The notes below the pieces were generated by a model. The model was not told the DNA's origin, made no database searches, and was given only the letters and a program-made list of their open reading frames with translations. Shown in pieces: positions 8,183 to 17,676 of a stretch of DNA of 64,000 nt. A program made the position numbers and the translations under genes. Source of the stretch: Phycisphaerae bacterium (GTDB lineage: Bacteria > Planctomycetota > Phycisphaerae > UBA1845 > Fen-1342); contig JASFQK010000020.1 of the NCBI GenBank assembly GCA_050115495.1, forward strand, positions 1 to 64,000. Direction: 5' to 3'. Within the stretch, counting starts at the first letter, position 1, and each line of letters starts with the position of its first letter.

Positions 8183-10337
8183 TGAGCCCGGATCACGTGG
8201 GGGGAGCGTTGCCCTACATCCGGGCTGGGGCGCCTGGCTGGCCGCCGGTCTGGGCGTGCTCTGCTTTCTGAACAGCCTGGGCAACGACTTCACCTACGAC
8301 GATATGCCGATCGTGCGCGACAATCCGCGCACGCGCAGCCTGGCCAACGTCCGCGAGATCTGGCTGTCCGATTGGTGGCAGCCACAGGACGCCCAGGACG
8401 CAGTCGCCCACCGCCATCGCGACCGGCTGTACCGACCGCTGAGCATGTACAGCTTCGCGGTGAATTACGCGATCGGCGGGCGCGATCCCTTCGGTTATCA
8501 CGCCACGAATATCCTCCTGCACGCCGCCGCCTGCGTGCTCGTCTGGCGGCTGGCCCGGCGACTGGTGGGCGATACGACGATCGCGACCATTGCGGCGGTC
8601 GTCTTCGCCGTCCATCCGGTGCACTGCGAGGCGGTGACGAGTATCGTCGGGCGGGCGGAGGTGCTGGCCACGCTGTTCCTGCTGGGCGGGCTGCTGGTAC
8701 TGCTGCCAGAAAAGCGGCCGCCGGGGTGGTCGCACGCGGCAATCGCGGCGGTGCTGTTCCTCGCGGCGCTGTTCAGCAAGGAAACGGCGGTGTGCTATGT
8801 GCCGGTGGCGCTGCTGGCGCTGCACGCGGCGGCCAAGCGTCCGTCGAGTCACGCCCGCCGCTGGTGGCTGCTGCATCTTGTCGCGCTGCTGGCGCCGCTG
8901 GTCGTCTATCTGCCGCTGCGGTACGTCGCGCTCGATCATCATCTGCTGCGGGATTCAGCGCCGTACATCCTCATGAATCCGCTCATCTTGGCGGACGGGC
9001 CGCATCGGCTACTGCACGCGCTTACGGTTCTCGGGCACTACACGCGGCTGCTGATCGCGCCGGTGCATCTCAGTTGCAACTACGGCCTGGCCGTCATCCA
9101 TCCCGACCGCGGGCCGGAGCTCATGACGTTCGTCGGCGTGCTCACACTGGCGGCGGCGGTCGTGGCGCTCGTCGGCTATCGCCGATCGCAGCAGGCGTGG
9201 CGTTGGCTGGCGGTTCTGACCGCGATGTCGATCGCGAGCTACGCGCTGATCTCCAATACGGTGCTGCTCATCGGCGTGTCGCTGGCGGAGCGGCTGATCT
9301 ACTGGCCGTCGGTGCCGATGCTGCTGCTGCTCGTGGTGGCGGTCGTTCACCTGTGGCGGCATGCGGTGCAGCGCGACTGGCTCTCGGTGGATATGGCGCG
9401 GCTGCTGCGTGTTTGCGGCGTGCTGCTGGTCGTGGCGCTCGGCTTGCGCAGCATCGTCCGCAACATGGACTGGAAGAGCAACGGTTACCTGTTCACGCGC
9501 GACGTGCAGACGTACCCGCAGAGCGTCGAATTGAACGAGGGGGCGGCCAACGAGCTGCTGTGGAAGGTCAAGTCGATCTACGAATCCGGGCAGCAGACGG
9601 ACGTGCGCGCGGCCCTCGAGCGGGCCGACAAGTACCTCGCGGCCGCGCTGAAGATCTACCCGCGCTCGGTGTCGGGTTTGCAGTTGCGCGGGCGCACGCT
9701 GGGCATGCTGGGCGAGCGCAAGCTGGCGATGACCTACTTCGATCAGGCCAGCCGGCTCGGCCCGCTCGACCACGTCTCCCGTCAACTCTATGCCAGTCTG
9801 AGCAAGGAAGCTGCGGCGGATGCGGCCGAGCTGGCCGCCCTGGCCGAGCAGGTGACTACGCGGCCGGCGGACGTCGAGCTGCGTGTCGCGTATGCCGAGG
9901 CGCTCCTGAAGCGCGGCCAGAGTCCTGAGGCGCTGCCCATGCTGGAAGAGGCGGTGCGGCTCGATCCGAACCACGCCGCCGCGCTGCGCCTGCTGGGCGA
10001 GACTCTGGTGACCATGAACGAGAGCGAGCGGGCGGAGGAGATGCTGAAGCGGGCGGCCGCCGCCGACCCGACAGACTGGCGCACGCATCTCAACCTGGCC
10101 GTGCTGCTGTCCGCCGAGCATCCGGAGGAGGCGCTGCAACATGCGCAGGAGGCGCAGCGTCTGGAGCCGGACGCGCTCGACACGAACATGACGCTGGCCG
10201 AAGCGCTGGCCATCAACCACCGCACGACGGAGGCTCTGCAGATTCTCCGCCGAATCCTGCCCGGCATACCAGCACAGAGCCCGCTTCGCCCGGCGATTGA
10301 GGCGCGCATTCGCGATTTGGAGCAGGGGCGGCCGTGA
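8166..10337 (+). CDS. TMTC-like (DUF1736) multi-TM GT-C glycosyltransferase with C-terminal TPRs
   Basis: NDFTYDDxPIVxxN, YRPL, GYHATNILLH, FAVHPVHCEAVTSIVGRAE, LFSKETA, AERLIYWPS, RNMDWKS, then TPR repeats; overlaps the TolC stop by 17 nt. Confidence 0.85.
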   Translation: MSRQINEPGSRGGSVALHPGWGAWLAAGLGVLCFLNSLGNDFTYDDMPIVRDNPRTRSLANVREIWLSDWWQPQDAQDAVAHRHRDRLYRPLSMYSFAVNYAIGGRDPFGYHATNILLHAAACVLVWRLARRLVGDTTIATIAAVVFAVHPVHCEAVTSIVGRAEVLATLFLLGGLLVLLPEKRPPGWSHAAIAAVLFLAALFSKETAVCYVPVALLALHAAAKRPSSHARRWWLLHLVALLAPLVVYLPLRYVALDHHLLRDSAPYILMNPLILADGPHRLLHALTVLGHYTRLLIAPVHLSCNYGLAVIHPDRGPELMTFVGVLTLAAAVVALVGYRRSQQAWRWLAVLTAMSIASYALISNTVLLIGVSLAERLIYWPSVPMLLLLVVAVVHLWRHAVQRDWLSVDMARLLRVCGVLLVVALGLRSIVRNMDWKSNGYLFTRDVQTYPQSVELNEGAANELLWKVKSIYESGQQTDVRAALERADKYLAAALKIYPRSVSGLQLRGRTLGMLGERKLAMTYFDQASRLGPLDHVSRQLYASLSKEAAADAAELAALAEQVTTRPADVELRVAYAEALLKRGQSPEALPMLEEAVRLDPNHAAALRLLGETLVTMNESERAEEMLKRAAAADPTDWRTHLNLAVLLSAEHPEEALQHAQEAQRLEPDALDTNMTLAEALAINHRTTEALQILRRILPGIPAQSPLRPAIEARIRDLEQGRP

Positions 10338-10350
10338 GGGATGTCCGGCC

Positions 10351-11517
10351 TCAAACTACCGGCGCGGCGCCGGTTAGGGCGGCGGCCAGGCGTTCGCAGA
10401 CCAGTTGTGGGGCGACGTTTTGATCGAGCATGGTCTCGGCGTGAGTGACGGCGTCGAGGTGGGCGTCGAACTGGTCGGACGACAACTGGCGGGATCGGCG
10501 GGCGGTGCGGTCCCGCTGTGTGGGTAGCGAGGCGGCGGCCGACGGCGCGGCGGACGCCACGAGCGCATCACGCTCATACGCCGCCACCAGCATGAATGCC
10601 AGCTTCAACGCGTCGCGCAGCTCATCGGTGGGCACGGCCTTGCTCTTGGCCGTGCGCGGACCGGCGTCCTCTTCATCTTCTTCCGCCGCAACGTCGCCGT
10701 TATCGGTCGGTGCGTCGTTGGGCTGCGCCGCTCGGGTGGCCAGTCCCGCGGCTGTGTCCACCAGTTTGACGCCGAAAGCTTCGGGGTTCTGGTCGGCGAG
10801 GCCGTCAAGAGCGGCGCCGACCTCTTCGACCGCGGTCAGCAGGCCGATCTGATGCCAGCGCATGGCCGCGCCCAGCCGCCCATCGGCCAGCCGGGCGAGT
10901 GTCTCGGCCTCCGCCGGCGGGAGGGTGAACTCGGCGGCGAGCCGCTGCTGCACGAAATCGGCCGGCAAACGCCCGAACGGCACACATTGGCAGCGCGAGC
11001 GAATCGTCGGCCGCAGCCGCGCCGCTGACGAGGTGACCAGAATGAGCACGGTCTCGCCGGGCGGCTCTTCGAGCGTCTTGAGCAGCGCGTTCTGGGCCCC
11101 CTCGTTCATTCGCTCGGCGTCGCGGATCACGAACACGCGGCGTGACCCCACGCTCGGCTTGACCGTCGCCGGCTCGAGCAGGAAATGGCGGATCAGGTCG
11201 ACGGCGAGGAAGAGCCCCTTACTGGCCCGCACGCTGCGATCGGGATGCAGCTTGTGCAGCCCGCGATGAATCAGGTGGAAATCGGGGTGATTGCCGGCGG
11301 CGAGCAGTCGGCAGCTCGGGCAGGTTCCGCAAGCATCGGCGTCGGCGGCCACCTCACCCTGGCACAACAGCCGGGCTGCCAACGCGTTCGCAGCCATCTC
11401 CTTGCCGACGCCTTCCGGCCCCTCGAACAGGTAGGCGTGGTGCGTGCGTCCGCTGCGCAGACCGCGGCGGATCAGCGAGAGCGCTCGTTCCTGATGCTGC
11501 ACGTCACGGAAATACAC
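10351..11517 (-). CDS. holB: DNA polymerase III delta' subunit
   Basis: HAYLFEGPEGVGK, CGTCPSC zinc motif, NHPDF, AQNALLKTLEEP, PTIRSRC; downstream of tmk. Confidence 0.92.
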   Translation of the reverse strand: MYFRDVQHQERALSLIRRGLRSGRTHHAYLFEGPEGVGKEMAANALAARLLCQGEVAADADACGTCPSCRLLAAGNHPDFHLIHRGLHKLHPDRSVRASKGLFLAVDLIRHFLLEPATVKPSVGSRRVFVIRDAERMNEGAQNALLKTLEEPPGETVLILVTSSAARLRPTIRSRCQCVPFGRLPADFVQQRLAAEFTLPPAEAETLARLADGRLGAAMRWHQIGLLTAVEEVGAALDGLADQNPEAFGVKLVDTAAGLATRAAQPNDAPTDNGDVAAEEDEEDAGPRTAKSKAVPTDELRDALKLAFMLVAAYERDALVASAAPSAAASLPTQRDRTARRSRQLSSDQFDAHLDAVTHAETMLDQNVAPQLVCERLAAALTGAAPVV

Positions 11518-12190
11518 GACGCACCGCGTCCTGCACGTCGGCGAACACCGCTTCCGGCTCCTGGTCAGCGGCGACCATCACCACCGGCGCGGGATAAACG
11601 TCCGGCAACTCGTGAAACAGCTCACGCACCCGCCGGTGAAATTCGAGCGGTCGGCGCTCCATCGCGTCCGGCGCCGTGCCTTCGAACAAAGCCCCCTGCC
11701 CCGCGGCACCGTTACGGGCCCGCTGGCCGATGTGATGCGGCCGGCGACCGGTACGCTCGAAGCCCACCTCGGGCGGCAGGTCAAGCAGGATGGTCAGGTT
11801 CGGCCAGGTATCGGCCACGGCCAGTTGTCCGAGTGCCAGCACGTCCTTGCGGGCGTAGCCGGCGGCCACCTGATACGCACACGTCGCCGAGATGAAGCGG
11901 TCGCAGAGCACGGTTTGGCCGCGGGCCAGCGCGGGGCGCACCACTTCGGCCACGAGCTGCGCCCGCGAGGCCATGAAGAGCAGCGCCTCGCAGTGCGGGG
12001 CCATCTTCGATAAGTCGAAGCCGAGCAGGACGTGCCGGATGCGGTCGCCGATCTCGGTCCCGCCCGGATCACGGGTCCGCAAACAGTCGAAGCCCTCGGC
12101 AGCGAGCCAGGTCGCCAGACGTTCGAGCTGCGTCCCTTTCCCTGAGCCGTCGGGTCCGTCGAGAACGATGAACTTACCGTGGAGATCCAT
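11504..12190 (-). CDS. tmk: Thymidylate kinase
   Basis: FIVLDGPDGSGKGTQ P-loop, RDPGGT, LCDRF, AYQ. Confidence 0.95.
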   Translation of the reverse strand: MDLHGKFIVLDGPDGSGKGTQLERLATWLAAEGFDCLRTRDPGGTEIGDRIRHVLLGFDLSKMAPHCEALLFMASRAQLVAEVVRPALARGQTVLCDRFISATCAYQVAAGYARKDVLALGQLAVADTWPNLTILLDLPPEVGFERTGRRPHHIGQRARNGAAGQGALFEGTAPDAMERRPLEFHRRVRELFHELPDVYPAPVVMVAADQEPEAVFADVQDAVRRVFP

Positions 12191-12325
12191 GTCGCGAAGT
12201 TAGTGGAATCCGCCTCCGCCGGCAACCGCCGCCACTGTCGTTCGTACTACCTACAGATGCCGGCCGAGAGCGATTCCTTGACGCCGGCCAGCGGCGGGCG
12301 ATGATCGGCCCGCGGAGGCCACGGG

Positions 12326-12898
12326 ATGGATTGGCTCACCTGGGTATTGTTCGAGAATCTGGCGGCCCTGGCGGCTGTGCTGGGCACCGCCCTCTTCATC
12401 CTGCTCGTCTACTGGCGACGCACGGGGCGACCGCTGCCGCTGCTGATCGGACTGGCCGTCGCCATGGCCGCGCTTGCCGTGCAGACGCTGGTCGTCACGC
12501 GGCGTGAGCAAGCCGGACAGGTGCTGGCGGGGATCGCCGACGACGTGCGGGCGGCCCGAACGGACGCATTGGCGGCCGCCCTGGCCCCGGAGTTCCTGGC
12601 CGGCGAAATGACGCCCGAGGAATTCGTGGAGTACGTCGGGCGGCAGTACGACAAGGTGCGCGTCCGCGAGGTCGTGTGCAGCAGCCTGACCATCAAGGAA
12701 TCTGCGGAGGACCGGTTCGTGGCCGCCGCCGCGTACCAGGGCGACATCACCGCCGACGACTACCGCGGCTGGATCCGCACGCGGTGGGAGATCACGTTTG
12801 TGCGCACGGACACCGGCTGGCAGATCGCGCAGATCCTCCCGACGTACATCGACGGCGTTCCGAACGCGAACTGGCGGGCGATCGACGCCCACCCCTGA
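12326..12898 (+). CDS. Membrane protein with two N-terminal TM helices and a possible NTF2-like domain
   Basis: Hydrophobic N-terminal helices; C-terminal WEITFVRTDTGWQI strand pattern. Confidence 0.65.
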   Translation: MDWLTWVLFENLAALAAVLGTALFILLVYWRRTGRPLPLLIGLAVAMAALAVQTLVVTRREQAGQVLAGIADDVRAARTDALAAALAPEFLAGEMTPEEFVEYVGRQYDKVRVREVVCSSLTIKESAEDRFVAAAAYQGDITADDYRGWIRTRWEITFVRTDTGWQIAQILPTYIDGVPNANWRAIDAHP

Positions 12899-12905
12899 GC
12901 CGCTG

Positions 12906-14918
12906 CTACCCGCCTAACAGGCCCACGAAGACGCTGATGTCGAAGTTGTCGACGGCCCCGTCCACGTTGACGTCGGCGCACCAGTAGCAGCCGGCGGGGT
13001 ACAGGTCGACGAACTCCCCTTCCGTGTGCGTGACGGCGTAGACGAACGGGCTGATGTCGAAGTTGTCGACGGCGCCGTCGCCGTTGACGTCGCCGGGCAG
13101 CGTGTCCGGCACGCACTCCAGCGTCCACACCTGGAAGTCATCGACGAGGGCCTCGACCAGCGAGTTGTTCGGCGAATCGTCGACGGTAAAGCGCACGCGC
13201 ACCTGCGACGTGGGCGTGACGTAATCGCTGACGCGCCACGCGACGTACGTCCACTCCTCGCGGTTGTCGATCGTCTCCACGGTCGTCCAGCTCGCGCCAT
13301 CGTTGTTCGAGACGGCGACGATGAGCGCATCGTCCCATTGCGTGCTGATGTGGTACCAGCGCCAGTAGCTCACGGTGGCGTCGAGGCCGGCCAGGTCGAA
13401 GGCGGGCGAAGTCAGGTGCGTGGGGCCGCCGTCGAGATCGAAGTCGCCGACGGATGAGCCGGCCGCGGCCTGCGTCACGTAGCAGAGCGTACCCGCCGGC
13501 GTGTGGTCGTCCTCGGGCTGAACGACCTGCCCGTTGTTCGAGGTTACCTCCGGATCAGCCCACTCCCAGTTTCCGGTGTCGGCACCGGCAACGACGGTCC
13601 AGCCCTGATCGGTCTCGAACGTATCGTCGAAGAAGACGGTCTGGCCGGTGGCGACGAGGGCGCGGTAGGCGTCCGCCGGCGCCTGCGACGGATCGTAGAG
13701 CCGGCCGACGGTGGCCTCGGCGGCGCTGACGTACCAGGAGAACTCGGTGAAGCAGTCGGCGGCGGGCAGCGTGGCCTCGTAGAGACCGGCGCCCAGGGAG
13801 GCCATGGGCACGGTCACGTAGGCCGCACCGTTCTGACTGTAGTGCAGTTGACCGCTGTCGGGGACGGGTACGCCGTCATGCTCGCCGGCGACCTGGACGC
13901 GGAACGTCGTGGGCCGCTCGGGCGCGAGCCACTGCGGCCGGCCGTCCGGGTAGGAGAAGGTGAGGCCGGGTTGGGCGCCGGCGTACACGAGGTACAGGCC
14001 GTTGTAGCCGACGCGTGAGCAGTTGTACTCGATGCGCATGTAGCCGTCTTCGCCCCAGCCGGAGCCCCAGCTATTGCGCAGGAACCAAACGCCGTTGGCG
14101 CCCTGGCTGTCGTCCCAGCCGACGAGGACGACGGCATGGTTGATGTTCGTGTCCTCGCAGACGTTGAAGACGCCGCCCGTGTAGCCGTGGAAAGCGTCGT
14201 TGGCGTAGACGCAGACGGTGATGGGGCCGTGGTCGACGATGGCCTGCTTGAGCTGGGCGACGGTGGGGATGCCCCATTCCGGTCCGATGAACGCCCAGTC
14301 CTCAAGGCAGTACGGGTGCGTGTACGGGCAGCCGCAGGGCGCCTCCCAGGCGACGTAGGGGAACTCCTCCTCCAGAACGGCCCCGAAATCGCCGCATTGA
14401 TCTGTGTATTGGCCGGTGCACAAGCAGTAGTCGGCAGCGTTACCCGGCCACTCACCCCCGCAACCGCCGAGGTCGAGGCAGCTCACGAGCCACTGCTCGG
14501 ACAGGTCGACGACCTCGTTGTCGGCCAGCACGATCGCTGACTCGAAGGCCCCGTGGAGGGCGAAGGCCCAGCAACTGCCGCAGCCGCCCTGGTGCTTGAT
14601 CGGCGTGCAGGCACCCTGGGTCCGCCAGTCGAAGCTGGGCGGCAGTCCGCCGCGCGGCGGGCTGTTGTCGAAGCGGGCCCCTTCGCGCCAGTTGGCGGGC
14701 ACAACCACACCGCAGAGTTGTTCGAGCGGATAGGGCGTGGCGGAGTTCTCGCCGACGGTGAAAGTCCAGCCCTCCTGCTGGCCGTGGGACTGCAAGGCGA
14801 TGAGGTCCTCGCGGGAGAGCTGGGCGAAAGCCGCGCCCGCTCCGAGCAGGATCGTGAGCAGCAGCGCCAGCCAGGTCGGCGTGCGCCGATGAGAGCCCGG
14901 TGCGCTCGTCGTGTTCAT
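12906..14918 (-). CDS. Secreted papain-family (C1A) cysteine peptidase with beta-sandwich module and dockerin-like C-terminus
   Basis: Signal peptide; LPPSFDWR, HQGGCGSCWAF, LSEQWLVSC, NHAVVLVGW, RNSWG; two [14 protein letters not shown] repeats. Confidence 0.92.
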   Translation of the reverse strand: MNTTSAPGSHRRTPTWLALLLTILLGAGAAFAQLSREDLIALQSHGQQEGWTFTVGENSATPYPLEQLCGVVVPANWREGARFDNSPPRGGLPPSFDWRTQGACTPIKHQGGCGSCWAFALHGAFESAIVLADNEVVDLSEQWLVSCLDLGGCGGEWPGNAADYCLCTGQYTDQCGDFGAVLEEEFPYVAWEAPCGCPYTHPYCLEDWAFIGPEWGIPTVAQLKQAIVDHGPITVCVYANDAFHGYTGGVFNVCEDTNINHAVVLVGWDDSQGANGVWFLRNSWGSGWGEDGYMRIEYNCSRVGYNGLYLVYAGAQPGLTFSYPDGRPQWLAPERPTTFRVQVAGEHDGVPVPDSGQLHYSQNGAAYVTVPMASLGAGLYEATLPAADCFTEFSWYVSAAEATVGRLYDPSQAPADAYRALVATGQTVFFDDTFETDQGWTVVAGADTGNWEWADPEVTSNNGQVVQPEDDHTPAGTLCYVTQAAAGSSVGDFDLDGGPTHLTSPAFDLAGLDATVSYWRWYHISTQWDDALIVAVSNNDGASWTTVETIDNREEWTYVAWRVSDYVTPTSQVRVRFTVDDSPNNSLVEALVDDFQVWTLECVPDTLPGDVNGDGAVDNFDISPFVYAVTHTEGEFVDLYPAGCYWCADVNVDGAVDNFDISVFVGLLGG

Positions 14919-15052
14919 CCCCTTCTTCCTCCTTTCACGTTTGCGCTCGCCCTCCGGGGAAGACGAACGCGTCGCCAGAAAACGACGCGGCCGGCGACGG
15001 GCGGGGACGACCACGGTGGCCGCACCCGCCCGCCCCGGCCGGCACAAACGGA

Positions 15053-17464
15053 TCAGGGACTGGTCAGCAGGCCGACGAACGCGCCGATGTCGAAGTTGTT
15101 CAGCTCGCCGTCGCCATTGACGTCTCCATTCAGCAGGTTGCAGTCGGGGTACTGCTCGGCATAGCCCTCGGGGTTAGTCAGGGCCAGCACGAACGGGCTG
15201 ATGTCGAAGTTGTCGATGGTGCCGTCGCAGTTCAGGTCGCCCGGCGACGTGCCCTGGCCCTCCACGAAGTGGGCGTAGACAATCTTCGTGTTGGTCATGA
15301 CCAGCGTGCGCGGGTTGACCGAGCCGCTGAGCGACCCGCTCCAGTGATCGAACTCCCAGCCCTGGGCGGCGTCCGCCGTCAGCTCGACGGTCGTGCCCCA
15401 GGCGTACTCACCGCCCGGCGGATCCAGAATGACGGTGCCCTCGCCCTCGACGTACACCCAGAGCTCACACGTCGTCGGGGCAAAGTGGGCCGTGACCGTC
15501 TTGTCGCCGTCGATCACGATCGCGTCCGGGTCGTAGGTGCTGTTCAGGTCGCCGGTCCACTCCTCGAAGTGCCAGCCCAACTGCGCGGTGGCGTCCAGCC
15601 ACACGAGCGAGCCCTCGATATAGGTGCCGCCCGGCGGATCCAGCGCCACCGTGCCGCTGCCGTCGATGTCCACCGTGAGCGTGTAGTACTGCGGCGGCTG
15701 GCAGTAAGCCGTCGCGACGGAGAAGTCGTCGATCAGCGCCTCGACCAGCGAGTTGTTCGGCGAATCGTCGACGGTGAAGCGTACGCGCACCTGCGACGTG
15801 GGCGTGACGTAGTCGCTCACCTTCCACGAGACGTGCGTCCATTCCTGGCGGCTGCTGACCGACTCGACGGTCACCCAGGACGAACCGTTGTTGTTGGACA
15901 CGGCCACGACGAGCTCATCGTCCAACTGCGTGCCGATGTGATACCAGCGCCAGTAGCTGATGGTGGCGTCGGCGTCGGACAGATCGAACACGGGGGAGAT
16001 CAGGTGGCTCGGCCCGCCGTCGACGTCATAGGAGCCGGCGCCGGTGCCGGCCAGCGGCCCCGTTACATAGCAGAGCGTGCCCGTCTCACTGTGGTCGTCG
16101 CCGGGCTGAATGATCTGGCCGCTGGACGTCGTTTGCTGCGGGTCGGCCCGCTCCCAGTTGCCCGTATCCGCGCCGGCCTGGACCGTCCAGCCCTGGTTCG
16201 TCTCGAAGTCGTCCTCGAACACCGCCTCGTAGCTCGTGGCCACGACGGTGTCGTACGTCGTCGTCGGCGCGTCCGGCGGATCGTACACCATGCCGATCGT
16301 CTCCTCTTCGGCGCCGACGTACCAACGGATGTTGTCGTAGCACTCTCCGCCGGGCAGCGTGGCGTTGTACCAGTTGTCGACCATCTGGCTCATGGGCACG
16401 TTCGACCAAGCCCCGCCATTGATCGAGTAGTAGAGCCGCCCGGTCCCCGGCACCGGCGCGCCGAAAGGCGAGCTGACGATGACGCGGAACGTCTTTCCAG
16501 TGAGGGGGCACAGATCGGGCAGGCCCCACGGATAGCTGAAACGCAGCTCGGGCGGTGGAGGATTGCCGCCGGTGTAGATGACGTACGCCGGGTCAGAGCC
16601 AACGCCGTTGCAGCCGTAGGGTATGCGGCAATAGCCGCCGTTCTCGCCCCAGCCCGTGCTCCAGCTATTGCGCATGAACCAGACGCCGCCGGCCTGGTTG
16701 TCGTCCCAGCCCACGAGCACGACGGCGTGATCCAACGGACCGGTTTCGCAGTTGTTGAAGATGCCGCCGGAGTAGGCCTGGAGTGCATCCGAGGCGTGGA
16801 TGCCCACGGAGACGGGGCCGTAGTCCATGATGGCCTGCTTGATGCTGGAGATCCCACCGGAGATGTAAGCCCAATCGTCGATCGTGAAGTGGTGCACGTA
16901 GGGGCAGCCGCAGGCCTCGTCCGTGGCGGAGTACGGGAAGTCGGCCTCCCAGAGCCCACCAAAGCCGCCGCAGGTATCGGTCTTCCACTGGAAGTAGTCG
17001 AAGGCGTAGAAGCCGCCGCTGCAGTCCCAGCCGTCGCGGTTGCAGCTCACGAGCCACTGTTCCGATAAGTCAACGGTGATGCCGTCCCGAATCAGGATGT
17101 TGCACTCGAGGGGGCCCATCGTCGAAAAGGCCCAGCAACTGCCGCAGCCACCCTGGCTCTTCACCGGCGTGCAGAGGTTCTGGCCGTTGTAGTTGCGCCA
17201 GTCGAACGTCGACGGCAGGTCGCGCGTCGGCGGGCAGGGATCCCAGCGGGCGAGATCACGCCAGTTTTCCGGCGGCTGGAAGCCGCAAAGTTGCTCCAGC
17301 GGGTATTCCGTGACCGGATTCGGATCCACCGTAAACGTCCAACCCTCAGCCTCCCCTCTGGCCCGCAGCGCGTCCAGGTCAGCGTCCGTAAGCTGTGCCT
17401 GAGCCGCCACGCCAAGCGATAACACGAACACCGTGCCCATCACCACATCCATCCACCAGCGCAT
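15053..17464 (-). CDS. Secreted papain-family (C1A) cysteine peptidase with beta-sandwich module, two InlB-B-like repeats and dockerin-like C-terminus
   Basis: SQGGCGSCWAF, DHAVVLVGW, RNSW; two ~70 aa repeats (GTVxLDPPGGxY...GWxFxxWxG...AHF); [31 protein letters not shown]. Confidence 0.92.
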   Translation of the reverse strand: MRWWMDVVMGTVFVLSLGVAAQAQLTDADLDALRARGEAEGWTFTVDPNPVTEYPLEQLCGFQPPENWRDLARWDPCPPTRDLPSTFDWRNYNGQNLCTPVKSQGGCGSCWAFSTMGPLECNILIRDGITVDLSEQWLVSCNRDGWDCSGGFYAFDYFQWKTDTCGGFGGLWEADFPYSATDEACGCPYVHHFTIDDWAYISGGISSIKQAIMDYGPVSVGIHASDALQAYSGGIFNNCETGPLDHAVVLVGWDDNQAGGVWFMRNSWSTGWGENGGYCRIPYGCNGVGSDPAYVIYTGGNPPPPELRFSYPWGLPDLCPLTGKTFRVIVSSPFGAPVPGTGRLYYSINGGAWSNVPMSQMVDNWYNATLPGGECYDNIRWYVGAEEETIGMVYDPPDAPTTTYDTVVATSYEAVFEDDFETNQGWTVQAGADTGNWERADPQQTTSSGQIIQPGDDHSETGTLCYVTGPLAGTGAGSYDVDGGPSHLISPVFDLSDADATISYWRWYHIGTQLDDELVVAVSNNNGSSWVTVESVSSRQEWTHVSWKVSDYVTPTSQVRVRFTVDDSPNNSLVEALIDDFSVATAYCQPPQYYTLTVDIDGSGTVALDPPGGTYIEGSLVWLDATAQLGWHFEEWTGDLNSTYDPDAIVIDGDKTVTAHFAPTTCELWVYVEGEGTVILDPPGGEYAWGTTVELTADAAQGWEFDHWSGSLSGSVNPRTLVMTNTKIVYAHFVEGQGTSPGDLNCDGTIDNFDISPFVLALTNPEGYAEQYPDCNLLNGDVNGDGELNNFDIGAFVGLLTSP

Positions 17465-17614
17465 AATCATCTCCTGATTGTCCTGAACAGGCAGGAAGGG
17501 AGGGCCGCGACCAGCTTCACGGACCACCCCACAACATCACTTATACCAACTGGCCCCGGAGGTCGCCAGATCAATGTGCGTCCGGCGGCCCCGCGGACGC
17601 CGCGTCAGAAGCCG

Positions 17615-17650
17615 GCGGGGCGGCGGCGCCGGAATGTGCAGCCGCCCCGC
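17615..17650. repeat. Conserved intergenic GC stem-loop, copy 1 of 4
   Basis: GCGGGGCGGC...GCCGCCCCGC just past the stop of 17677-21381. Confidence 0.7.
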
Positions 17651-17676
17651 ACGGGTGATCCCTTCGTGCTGGCCGC

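Noticed and set aside
8372..9928. 518 aa Arg/Ala/Gly-rich same-strand alternative frame
   Set aside because: Low-complexity frameshifted reading of the TMTC-like gene
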